Shown in pieces: positions 23,702 through 31,759 of a stretch of DNA of 32,000 bases (the stretch's first letter is position 1; the number at the start of each line of letters is the position of its first letter). A program made the translations under genes and the position numbers. Under the pieces are notes generated by a model, which saw nothing but the letters and a program-made list of their open reading frames with translations, made no database searches and was not told the DNA's origin. The DNA is taken from assembly GCA_015256915.3 (NCBI GenBank), contig CP076101.2:510001-542000 (forward strand), in the 5' to 3' direction. This DNA is from Candidatus Saccharimonas sp. Its GTDB lineage: Bacteria > Patescibacteriota > Saccharimonadia > Saccharimonadales > Saccharimonadaceae.

Positions 23702-24538
23702 ATGGCAACAAAAAAAGCCAATTTAAAGAAATCTTCAGAAACTGCTCGCAAAAAGGTAACTGAAGAAGTTTTGAAAGTTGAAAAAACGGTTAAAGCTATC
23801 GTTAAGAATGATAAGAAAACTGACACTATCTTTCTTGAGGAAATTTCAAAACCAAGTTTTATTTCAGCAGTAGTACTTGAATTTATTGGAACATTTCTAC
23901 TTGCGGCTGGTATTATTATTAGTCAAGGTCAACCAATCGGTGTAATGTTTATTCTTATGTCGATTGTTTTGATTGCTGGAGGAATTAGTGGAGCTCACGT
24001 TAACCCATTAATTACAATCGGCGCTTGGGCAACTCGCAGGATTAACACAATTAAAGCTATCTTTTATATCGTAGCTCAAGTTTTAGGTGCGATGGTTGCT
24101 TTTATGCTTTTGAATGCCTTCGTCGGCACACAAGATACTCTACAGTCATATGGTCAAAAACCGACTCTATTCACTGCAAACCCTATCCCAAAAGATAAGG
24201 AAATGCTAACACTTGCCGCTGAATTTATTGGCTCATTTATTTTTGCATTCTCTGTCGCAACCATAACTTCAAATAAAAAGAACGGAAATATGGCAAAAGC
24301 GCTTGGCGTTGGCGGTGGTTTATACTTGGCGGTTTTAATTGCAGGGTCTCTCGCAACATTAATCGGATCTTCAGCAATAATTAACCCAGCAGTAGCATTC
24401 GCACTTCAAGCTTTCACTATAAAAAATCAAAACGTTCCTTATGCAATTGCAATCTATATCGGTGCAGCATTAATTGGTGGAATCCTTGGCTTTGCGCTGA
24501 ATCACCTAATCCAAAAGTCAACTGAAGAAGAAAAATAA
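23702..24538 (+). CDS. MIP-family channel (aquaporin/glycerol facilitator-like) with a Lys-rich ~50-aa N-terminal extension
   Basis: Six hydrophobic segments. The first signature is SGAHVNPLITIG (NPL rather than NPA) and the second is SAIINPAVAFA (NPA). Confidence 0.85.
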   Translation: MATKKANLKKSSETARKKVTEEVLKVEKTVKAIVKNDKKTDTIFLEEISKPSFISAVVLEFIGTFLLAAGIIISQGQPIGVMFILMSIVLIAGGISGAHVNPLITIGAWATRRINTIKAIFYIVAQVLGAMVAFMLLNAFVGTQDTLQSYGQKPTLFTANPIPKDKEMLTLAAEFIGSFIFAFSVATITSNKKNGNMAKALGVGGGLYLAVLIAGSLATLIGSSAIINPAVAFALQAFTIKNQNVPYAIAIYIGAALIGGILGFALNHLIQKSTEEEK

Positions 24539-24553
24539 TTACCAACAATAAAA

Positions 24554-24580
24554 AGAGCAGCTTTCGAAAGTTGCTCTTTT
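24554..24580. terminator. Bidirectional terminator between the MIP gene (+) and rmuC (-)
   Basis: AGAGCAgCTTTC GAAAGtTGCTCT followed by TTT. A TTCGAA sits at the apex of the stem. Confidence 0.7.
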
Positions 24581-24590
24581 AAATTTAGTT

Positions 24591-25691
24591 TTATTCACGA
24601 GGTTTATCAAGTATTTGTGGCTCAACTCCAGTTTTATTATCTTCGCCCGAAATTTTCACCACATCTTTATCAATTTTACCAAGCTCTTTATGAGCATTAT
24701 TAAAATGATTGACAGTTGTGCCAAGCGATTTTCCAAGACGCTGCATTAGATCTTCGTATTTCGAAATATGCACGCCCAGCTGGCCAACTCGCTTTTGAAT
24801 CTCTCTGCTCTGCTCTTCAATTTTTAACGACTTCAAACCTTGCAAAACAGTTTGAAGATACGCCATAAAACTAGTTGGGCTAACCACGATCACGCGCTTA
24901 TCACGAAACGCATATTCGATCAAATCTCGTTCTGACCCCTGCGATCCAACAACTCCAGTTAGAGCATCATAATACAAACTTTCACTAGGAATAAACATAA
25001 AAGCAAAATCCATGGTGTTTTCATTCGGGCGAATATATTTTGAGGTTTCATCAATCCGCATTTTTAAATCATCGCGAACTCTTTTCGCTAAAATCTTTCG
25101 CTCTTCACCTTCAGATTCGACCATCCGATTATAATTTTCGAGGCTAAATTTTGAATCTACTGGCAAAATCTTATTTTTATCAAGAAAAATAGCTGCATCG
25201 ACAATTTCGCCATTTTTAAATTTATATTGAATTTCAAAAGCATTCGGCGGCAAAACGTTTTCAAGAACTTGCTCAAGATAAAACTCGCCTAGAACGCCAC
25301 GTTGTTTTGGATTCTGCAAGGCATTTTGAAGTGTTTTTAGCTCGTCTGCAACATTCACAACGCGGTTATTTGTTTCATCAAGCTTTGTAAGCCTTTTCGA
25401 AACCTCTTCAACAATTTTCGAACTCTCAGAAATCTGTTTGGCCATTGAATTTTGAATTTGAAAATTATTCCTCTCAAGCTTTTCTGAAACTTTCTCGTTA
25501 AAATTGGTTAGGTTGGCGTCAATATTTTCACGCATTCTATTTAAGCTTTTATTCAGCTCAATTACATCCATTTTTAGCAAATTTACACTTTGGTCTTCAT
25601 TTTTTGAAGCTACAATTTTTGAAATTCGAAAAGACTGAAAAATTAAAACCGATGTTAAAATTACAATAATAATTATTAGTCCAATTTCCAT
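24591..25691 (-). CDS. rmuC: DNA recombination protein RmuC
   Basis: N-terminal TM helix, a long coiled coil, then an RmuC nuclease-like core (VDAAIFL, LPVDSKFSLENY, FAFMFIPSESLYYDAL, VIVVSPTSFMAYLQ). SD AAGGAGGAA. Confidence 0.85.
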   Translation of the reverse strand: MEIGLIIIIVILTSVLIFQSFRISKIVASKNEDQSVNLLKMDVIELNKSLNRMRENIDANLTNFNEKVSEKLERNNFQIQNSMAKQISESSKIVEEVSKRLTKLDETNNRVVNVADELKTLQNALQNPKQRGVLGEFYLEQVLENVLPPNAFEIQYKFKNGEIVDAAIFLDKNKILPVDSKFSLENYNRMVESEGEERKILAKRVRDDLKMRIDETSKYIRPNENTMDFAFMFIPSESLYYDALTGVVGSQGSERDLIEYAFRDKRVIVVSPTSFMAYLQTVLQGLKSLKIEEQSREIQKRVGQLGVHISKYEDLMQRLGKSLGTTVNHFNNAHKELGKIDKDVVKISGEDNKTGVEPQILDKPRE

Positions 25692-25810
25692 TTATTTCCT
25701 CCTTTTAAAACATAAAATACCTAATAAAAAATGCGCGAACGATAATATAACTAACCATAATTACTGTTGCAAGTATTGCCAATAAATAAGTTAAAACATA
25801 ACCATAATAA

Positions 25811-25819
25811 ATTATAGCA
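25811..25819 (-). promoter_or_regulatory. Extended -10 TGCTATAAT upstream of rmuC
   Basis: The minus strand reads TGCTATAAT (25819->25811). A ~110-nt AT-rich leader precedes the SD and ATG 25691. Confidence 0.45.
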
Positions 25820-25827
25820 TGTTTCAA

Positions 25828-25855
25828 CAAAAATAAAAGGCGCATTTAACGCCTT
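25828..25855 (-). terminator. Rho-independent terminator after greA
   Basis: The minus strand reads AAGGCG ttaaatg CGCCTT followed by TTATTTTTG. Confidence 0.7.
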
Positions 25856-25868
25856 TTTAAGTTCAAAT

Positions 25869-26333
25869 TTAGCGAATCGCCACAAGAGTCATATTCATAC
25901 TTTGAGAATTTGCCGTCCAACTAATAATTTCGTTCACTGTTCGGCCAAGTACGCTTTTGCCTAGAGGGCTCTCGGCGGAAATCTTGCCAATAAGCGGATT
26001 TGCTTCTAAGCTTTCAACAATTCGAAATTTCATAATTCGTCCAGTTGCACGATCGAAAAGCTCCACAAATGAACCGATAGAAACCTTCGAACTAATTTTC
26101 CTGCTCCTAGGTAGAATTTTTGAATTATGAATTTGAAAATTCTTTTCATTAATTTCACTTCGAATTGCATCAATTCGTGCGAAAATATCATTTTGCCTTA
26201 ATAAATCCTCTTTAACATCGCCGTCACGAAGTTCCATCTCAAGCATTCTTTGTTCATGCTCAAGCTTTGCAATTTTCTTTTTTAATTCTTTAAATCCTTG
26301 TTTGCTCAAATAAATTTTAGTGGTATTTTTCAT
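25869..26333 (-). CDS. greA: Transcription elongation factor GreA family
   Basis: 154 aa. The N-terminal coiled coil (LSKQGFKELKKKIAKLEHEQR ... RDGDVKED) has an acidic tip. The C-terminal domain reads GKISAESPLGKSVLGRTVNE. SD GGAGGAA. Confidence 0.8.
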   Translation of the reverse strand: MKNTTKIYLSKQGFKELKKKIAKLEHEQRMLEMELRDGDVKEDLLRQNDIFARIDAIRSEINEKNFQIHNSKILPRSRKISSKVSIGSFVELFDRATGRIMKFRIVESLEANPLIGKISAESPLGKSVLGRTVNEIISWTANSQSMNMTLVAIR

Positions 26334-26418
26334 AATTCCTCCTTTTGTAGCAATGCTACGTTATTATTATATCGAATCATTCTTAAAAAACGCTTAAATT
26401 TATTGTTTTGTATTTTTA

Positions 26419-26427
26419 TGATATAAT
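26419..26427 (+). promoter_or_regulatory. Extended -10 TGATATAAT for the P-loop kinase gene (leaderless geometry)
   Basis: TGATATAAT, then ctaattat (8 nt), then ATG 26436. There is no SD. Confidence 0.55.
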
Positions 26428-26435
26428 CTAATTAT

Positions 26436-27035
26436 ATGAATAAACAAATTTTAAAACTTAAAAACCAAAAAAAGAGCGATTCTGTAAAAATTATTGCATT
26501 AGTAGGATTGGCCGGAAGTGGCAAAAGTACCGCTACAAATTATCTAAAACAAAAAGGCTATCCGAGCGTTTATTTTGGTGGAGTTGTAATGAAGGCGCTA
26601 AAAGATGAAAATCTTGAAATTACACCAGCGAATGAAAAAATGATGCGCACAAAACTACGTGAAGATTTTGGCAAAGATATAATTGTAAATAAAATTGTTG
26701 AACAAATTCAAAATCTCATTAAGTCTGGCCAAAAACGTATTATCGCTGATGGTCTTTACACTTGGACTGAATATAAAATTCTCAAAAAACACTTTCCAAC
26801 TGAACTAAAAGTTATAGCATTAGTTCCACCAAAAAATCTTCGTCACAAGCGAATTTCCTCTCGCCCCGAGCGAGCAATGACTTTAGCCGAAATTAATGAC
26901 CGTGATTTTAATGAAATTGAAGTTCTTGAAAAAGGTGGCCCAATCGCAATTGCTGATTATTTCATCGTAAATAAAAATTCAAATCTTCAAACTCGCCTCA
27001 AAATCGATAAAATTCTTAAAGAAATTAACTTTTAA
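26436..27035 (+). CDS. P-loop nucleotide kinase, UPF0200 / dephospho-CoA-kinase-like family
   Basis: Walker A is LVGLAGSGKST. The C-terminal part RPERAMTLAEINDRDFNEIEVLEKGGPIAIADYFIVNKNS resembles archaeal UPF0200/CoaE-like kinases. The substrate cannot be assigned from the sequence. Confidence 0.6.
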   Translation: MNKQILKLKNQKKSDSVKIIALVGLAGSGKSTATNYLKQKGYPSVYFGGVVMKALKDENLEITPANEKMMRTKLREDFGKDIIVNKIVEQIQNLIKSGQKRIIADGLYTWTEYKILKKHFPTELKVIALVPPKNLRHKRISSRPERAMTLAEINDRDFNEIEVLEKGGPIAIADYFIVNKNSNLQTRLKIDKILKEINF

Positions 27036-27038
27036 AAA

Positions 27039-27064
27039 ACTCGAGATTTATTTGCTCGAGTTTT
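27039..27064. terminator. Bidirectional terminator between the kinase gene (+) and argS (-)
   Basis: ACTCGAG atttatttg CTCGAGT followed by TTT, with an A-run upstream. Confidence 0.7.
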
Positions 27065-27075
27065 ATTATTCTAAT

Positions 27076-28761
27076 TTACATTTTTTCTGGAATTTCAATT
27101 CCTAACAAATCTAAGCCGTTCTCGAAAGTTTTCGAAACTTTTTTAAGAAGAGTTAATCGTGCAGATTTTTCAATTTCTGGAGCATTAGAAACTCGTGTTT
27201 TTTCGTAATATCGGTTCATTTCGCGCGCTAAATCATAAAGATATTTCGAAATTTTATGTGGTTCTAAATCTCGAACCGCCATTTTAACTGTTTCAGGAAA
27301 GGCTAAAAGTTGTAAAATAATATTTTTTTCAGCTTCAAAATTGTATTCTTCAAAATCAACAAGCTCAAAATTTTGCTCTTTTCTTAAAATATTATTCACA
27401 CGAACCGCCGAATACTGAACATATGGGCCAGAAAATCCAGTTAATGCAAAAATATTTTCCCAGTCAAAAAGGATATTAGTTCGCCTATCTGCTGTAAAAT
27501 CTGAGAATTTAATCGCACCGAGTGCAATTTTTTTTACATCTTCTTCACTAACATCTCGGCCGGCAACAATTTCACGAGCACGCTCTTCAGCCTTATCAAG
27601 TAGCTCTTCCATCAGAACGACACCTTTTCTTGAAGACATTTTCTCACGAGTCCCATCTTCATTAAGCTGATCAATCACACCGAACCAAAGATGATATAGA
27701 TCAGTTTTAATACCAAGTTTTTTCGCCATTGCAAAAATTTGCGAGAAATAGAACTGTTGCTCTGCACCGACCGAATAAATAACTTTATCGGGAGCGAATT
27801 CTTCTTCCCGGAATAGAATTGTAGCAAGGTCGTTTGTAGCATAAAGTGCTGCACCATTGCTCTTCTGCACTAAAAGTGGTACATCAAAACCATATTCTTC
27901 AAGAGGAACAATTACCGAACCGTCTTCATTTTGAACCGCAACACCGCTTTCAATTAATTTTTGAACCGCTGCTTTTCCTTTTGGCGCAAAAAATGCTTCA
28001 CCATATTCATAATCTGTTGAAATTTTTAATCGTGCCATCACATCATGAATATGTTTAAGGCTAATTTCTTTAAATTTATTCGAATAATTTAAAGCTTCTT
28101 CATCACCATTTTCAAGCTTCAAAAGCCACTCTTCAGCCTTTTTCTCAATTTGACCACCTTCACCCTGCTCTTTCATTGCGGCTTTAGTTTTAATATAGAC
28201 ATCACCAAGCTCATAAACTCCACGCTTAGCCAGCCTTTCTTCATTTGAAAACATTTCGAATCCAACAACCCAAATTCCAAAAGGTGTACCATAATCACCT
28301 AAATGATTATCCGTAATAACTTTCCATCCAGAAAATTCAAGTAATTTTTTAGCCGCCCAACCTTGGTTTCCAGGTCGCAAGTGTCCAACACTGTAAGGCT
28401 TCGCCATATTTGGACTTGGCCCATCAATTAGAGCAAGTTTTCCTTCGCCTTCATTGTTTGAACCAAATCTATCGCTAAATTCCTGACTTAATATTTTTTC
28501 AAGTTTTTTTGCTGAAACTCGCAAATTCAAAAAACCTGGCCCAGCAATTTCAACATTTTCAAAAATTTCGTTTTTCGAAAGTTCACCTGCTAGCTCTTCA
28601 GCAATTTCGCGTGGATTTTTCGAAAGTTTTCCTGCAAGCTGCATTGCAATATTTGTTGCAAAATCACCAAACTCTGGCCGTGGCCGCGTTAAAGAAACCT
28701 CAGTCTTAATATTAAATTTTTCTTCAATTAATTGGTTAATTATTTCTGCAACTTTATTCAT
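27076..28761 (-). CDS. argS: Arginine--tRNA ligase
   Basis: 561 aa. It has an N-terminal Arg-tRNA-synthetase additional domain, the HIGH-region variant PNMAKPYSVGHLR, the KMSKS variant KMSSRKG, and a C-terminal DALR-type anticodon-binding domain ending in EKM. Confidence 0.95.
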   Translation of the reverse strand: MNKVAEIINQLIEEKFNIKTEVSLTRPRPEFGDFATNIAMQLAGKLSKNPREIAEELAGELSKNEIFENVEIAGPGFLNLRVSAKKLEKILSQEFSDRFGSNNEGEGKLALIDGPSPNMAKPYSVGHLRPGNQGWAAKKLLEFSGWKVITDNHLGDYGTPFGIWVVGFEMFSNEERLAKRGVYELGDVYIKTKAAMKEQGEGGQIEKKAEEWLLKLENGDEEALNYSNKFKEISLKHIHDVMARLKISTDYEYGEAFFAPKGKAAVQKLIESGVAVQNEDGSVIVPLEEYGFDVPLLVQKSNGAALYATNDLATILFREEEFAPDKVIYSVGAEQQFYFSQIFAMAKKLGIKTDLYHLWFGVIDQLNEDGTREKMSSRKGVVLMEELLDKAEERAREIVAGRDVSEEDVKKIALGAIKFSDFTADRRTNILFDWENIFALTGFSGPYVQYSAVRVNNILRKEQNFELVDFEEYNFEAEKNIILQLLAFPETVKMAVRDLEPHKISKYLYDLAREMNRYYEKTRVSNAPEIEKSARLTLLKKVSKTFENGLDLLGIEIPEKM

Positions 28762-28768
28762 ATAGTAT

Positions 28769-28777
28769 ATATTAACA
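28769..28777 (-). promoter_or_regulatory. Extended -10 TGTTAATAT for argS (leaderless geometry; no T-box)
   Basis: The minus strand reads TGTTAATAT, then atactat (7 nt), then ATG 28761. Confidence 0.5.
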
Positions 28778-28799
28778 CTTTTTATAAAAAAATAAAATA

Positions 28800-28808
28800 T
28801 GTTATAAT
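28800..28808 (+). promoter_or_regulatory. Extended -10 TGTTATAAT for the P-type ATPase gene (leaderless geometry)
   Basis: TGTTATAAT, then agaacgtat (9 nt), then ATG 28818. There is no SD. Confidence 0.55.
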
Positions 28809-28817
28809 AGAACGTAT

Positions 28818-31175
28818 ATGGATAACAGTAAAAAACTAAATGGACTAACCGCCGCTGAAGTTCGTAAAAGAATCTCGCAAGGCTTGGTGAATGATTTTAA
28901 AATTGATAACAACAACAGTTTTTGGGAAATTGTTAAAAGAAATATTTTTACACTTTTTAACTTTTTAAATTTTGCAATTGCAGTACTTTTAGCATTAGTT
29001 GGCGCTTGGAGTAATTTGATTTTCTTCGTTGTGATTATATTCAATGCAATCTCTGGAATTGCCACAGAAATTCGCGCTAAAAAAATGATCGATAAACTCA
29101 ATCTTTTGAGTAAAGAAAAAATCACCGTAATCCGCTCTTCTCGCGAGCAAAAAATCATGCCAGAAGAAATTGTAATAAACGATATTCTTAAACTTTCTGC
29201 TGGCGAGCAAGTTCCATCTGATGCGGTTGTCTTGAAAGGTGTTTCTGAGGCTAATGAAGCCATGCTCACTGGTGAAAGCGATCTCGTTCTAAAAGAAAAA
29301 GGAACAGTTTTGCTTTCAGGTAGTTTTTTAGCGAGTGGTTATGTTTTAGCGGAAGTTGTACATGTCGGCGCTGATAATTACGTCTCAAAATTGATGGTTG
29401 AAGCCAAAACTCACAAACCAATTAATTCAAAAATTCTTAGTTCTCTCGATAAAATTGCAGGATTTACTAGTAAAATTATTATCCCATTTGGTTTAGCTTT
29501 GTTTTTCGAAGCGCTCTTAATTAAGGCTCTTCCTGCTAAAACCGCTGTAATTTACATGTCAACCCCGCTTCTTGGAATGTTACCAAAAGGAATCGCTCTT
29601 CTCACAATCACCTCTCTTTTAACGGCGATTATTAAACTTGGACTTCGAAAAGTTCTTGTTCAAGAAATGTATTCCGTTGAAACACTCGCTCGTGTCGATA
29701 CTCTCTGCCTTGATAAAACCGGTACAATCACTGAAGGAAAAATGAAAGTTGAAGCAATCCATAATCTTTCGAAAAAGTTTTCTGAGGCTGAAGTTAATGA
29801 TTTTCTTGCAACTTATATGAATTTTAGCGAAGACAATAACCCAACCGCACAAGCAATTCGCAAATATTTTTCAAAGAATAAAACTACCTTAGAAGCAACA
29901 AATATAATTCCTTTTTCAAGTGATCGAAAATGGGGTTCAATGGAAATTGAAGGAATTGGAACACTTTTTCTAGGCGCACCTGAAATGATTTTTGGTGAAA
30001 CCCTAAAACAAGCAAACGAAGCGCTTTCTCGTGGCTCACGTGTTTTAGCTTTGGCTTTCTCAAAAGAAAAAATAGATAATAAAAATATTAAAATACCTGC
30101 AAAAATATCAAAACTCGCCTTAATAGAAATCACCGACCCAATTCGCGAAGGAGCACGCGAGACACTCGAATACCTACGCTCGCAAAAAATTGATCTCAAA
30201 ATTATCTCTGGCGATAATCCGATAACAGTTTCAAATATCGCAAGAAAAGCTGGTTTTGATAATTTCGAAAGTTATGTTGATTGCTCAAAAGTAAAAGATT
30301 CTGAGCTCAAAAAAATCGCTGTAGGAACTGCAATTTTTGGTCGAGTTTCACCGCACCAAAAAAAGCTAATTGTCCAAACTCTTAAAAAAGCGGGCCGCAC
30401 GACTGCAATGACTGGCGATGGCGTGAATGATATTTTAGCCCTACGCGAGGCGGATTGTTCAATTGTGATGGCTGAGGGTGATCCCGCAACGAGACAAATC
30501 GCAAACCTCGTCTTGCTCAATTCTGATTTTAATGATTTACCAGAAATTCTTTTTGAAGGGCGCCGAGTCGTAAATAATATTGCTAGAATTGCACCAATTT
30601 TCTTGATTAAAACGATCTATTCATTCATTTTGGCGATTATCTGTATTTTAAGTGCTCTATTATTTGATAAAAATCTTCTCTTAATTTTCCCGTTCATTCC
30701 AATTCAAGTTACATTGATCGACCAGTTTGTTGAGGGCTTCCCACCTTTTGTTCTCACCTTCGAGAAGAATATTCAACCCGTTGAAAAAGATTTTATTAAA
30801 AAATCACTCCTAATGGCCTTACCTAGTGCGTTAATGGTGGTATTCTCGGTTATTTTCGTAAGAATTTGGGGTTCACTTAATGGCTGGATTCCTCAAGAAA
30901 TTTCGACAGTCTTGTATTATTTACTCGGTTCAATCGGAATGCTCTCAGTAATTCGCGCTTGCCTACCACTTAATTTCTGGAGAATCCTTCTTATTATTTG
31001 GTCAATCAGTGCGTTTATAGTAACCGCAATTCTCTTTAGACCACTGATTGAAATCGGCGTGCTTTCAGGGCGTACTTTCGAACTTTACGCAATACTAATG
31101 ATATTTTTTGCCATAATTTTTATTGTGATTGAGTGGTTGAAAAAACGTTCGAAAAGTGATACAATTAAAGCATAA
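28818..31175 (+). CDS. Cation-translocating P-type ATPase (HAD-IC, ~780-aa type II-like)
   Basis: Actuator motif TGES, phosphorylation site CLDKTGTITEG, hinge TGDGVNDILALREAD, and multiple TM helices at both ends. M4 reads LGMLPKGIALL. Confidence 0.9.
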   Translation: MDNSKKLNGLTAAEVRKRISQGLVNDFKIDNNNSFWEIVKRNIFTLFNFLNFAIAVLLALVGAWSNLIFFVVIIFNAISGIATEIRAKKMIDKLNLLSKEKITVIRSSREQKIMPEEIVINDILKLSAGEQVPSDAVVLKGVSEANEAMLTGESDLVLKEKGTVLLSGSFLASGYVLAEVVHVGADNYVSKLMVEAKTHKPINSKILSSLDKIAGFTSKIIIPFGLALFFEALLIKALPAKTAVIYMSTPLLGMLPKGIALLTITSLLTAIIKLGLRKVLVQEMYSVETLARVDTLCLDKTGTITEGKMKVEAIHNLSKKFSEAEVNDFLATYMNFSEDNNPTAQAIRKYFSKNKTTLEATNIIPFSSDRKWGSMEIEGIGTLFLGAPEMIFGETLKQANEALSRGSRVLALAFSKEKIDNKNIKIPAKISKLALIEITDPIREGARETLEYLRSQKIDLKIISGDNPITVSNIARKAGFDNFESYVDCSKVKDSELKKIAVGTAIFGRVSPHQKKLIVQTLKKAGRTTAMTGDGVNDILALREADCSIVMAEGDPATRQIANLVLLNSDFNDLPEILFEGRRVVNNIARIAPIFLIKTIYSFILAIICILSALLFDKNLLLIFPFIPIQVTLIDQFVEGFPPFVLTFEKNIQPVEKDFIKKSLLMALPSALMVVFSVIFVRIWGSLNGWIPQEISTVLYYLLGSIGMLSVIRACLPLNFWRILLIIWSISAFIVTAILFRPLIEIGVLSGRTFELYAILMIFFAIIFIVIEWLKKRSKSDTIKA

Positions 31176-31200
31176 ACTGAATAAAAGGAGTATCTGAAAA

Positions 31201-31554
31201 ATGACAATAGACCAACAGTTTGTTGAATATATCGTTAAGAATTTAGTTGAAAATCCAGAAGACGTAAAAGTTGAACGCACAATTGACGAGAAAGGTGTTT
31301 TATTAACTTTGACCGTGAATAAAGAAGACCTAGGCCGAATTATCGGTCGCCGTGGAGCAACTGCACAAAGCCTTCGTGCGCTTCTTCGAGCTCTGGCACT
31401 AAAAAATAATGCTCATTATAATCTAAAAATTAGCGATAGTAAAGAAAAAACTGAAGCTGTGGAAAATTCAACAGATACACCTGTGGAAAACACAAACACT
31501 TTCGCAGAACAAACTCGAAAAGAGCTTGCAGAATTAGACGACATTGCGTTATAA
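31201..31554 (+). CDS. khpA: KH-domain RNA-binding protein (KhpA/YlqC, UPF0109) with a ~40-aa acidic C-terminal extension
   Basis: FVEYIVKNLVENPEDVKVERTIDEKGVLLTLTVNKEDLGRIIGRRGATAQSLRALL is the UPF0109 KH core. SD AAGGAG is present, and the position upstream of trmD fits the conserved rpsP-khpA-rimM-trmD neighbourhood. Confidence 0.8.
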   Translation: MTIDQQFVEYIVKNLVENPEDVKVERTIDEKGVLLTLTVNKEDLGRIIGRRGATAQSLRALLRALALKNNAHYNLKISDSKEKTEAVENSTDTPVENTNTFAEQTRKELAELDDIAL

Positions 31555-31560
31555 TATAAA

Positions 31561-31667
31561 CAGTTCAGTTCGAAATCTGTTGTGGAGTTTTAGATTTCGA
31601 AAGAACTGCGGAAAAAACAAAAAAGTCAAAGCTCTATGCGAGCAAACTAAGGAAAGTTTGAGAGCTT
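31561..31667 (+). other. Two strong hairpins in the khpA-trmD spacer; candidate structured RNA or processing element
   Basis: Hairpin 1 (31561-31608): CAGTTC-ag-TTCGAAATCT [12-nt loop] AGATTTCGAA-a-GAACTG, 16 bp in total. Hairpin 2 (31629-31667): AAGCTCT ... CAAACT aaggaa AGTTTG AGAGCTT. Confidence 0.4.
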
Positions 31668-31680
31668 ATACTTGTTAAAA

Positions 31681-31710
31681 ATCTAGCCATAATATCTTGG
31701 CTGGATTTTT
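31681..31710 (+). terminator. Rho-independent terminator downstream of khpA
   Basis: ATCtAGCCA taatatct TGGCTgGAT followed by TTTTT. Confidence 0.65.
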
Positions 31711-31742
31711 AGTTTGTCTATTTTGCAAAAAAATCTAAAAAA

Positions 31743-31751
31743 TGGTAAAAT
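31743..31751 (+). promoter_or_regulatory. Extended -10 TGGTAAAAT for trmD (leaderless geometry)
   Basis: TGGTAAAAT, then aagttaat (8 nt), then ATG 31760. There is no SD. Confidence 0.5.
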
Positions 31752-31759
31752 AAGTTAAT

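Noticed and set aside
25700-25826. Possible 43-codon hydrophobic mini-ORF (TTG start) upstream of rmuC on the minus strand
   Set aside because: Its only start is a TTG upstream of the predicted TGCTATAAT promoter. It has no SD, and the ATG-initiated versions are 4-17 codons long. It is more likely just the AT-rich rmuC leader.
28802-29269. 155-aa hydrophobic ORF on the minus strand
   Set aside because: It is a mirror-frame artefact opposite the N-terminal TM region of the P-type ATPase, and it would start inside the ATPase promoter.
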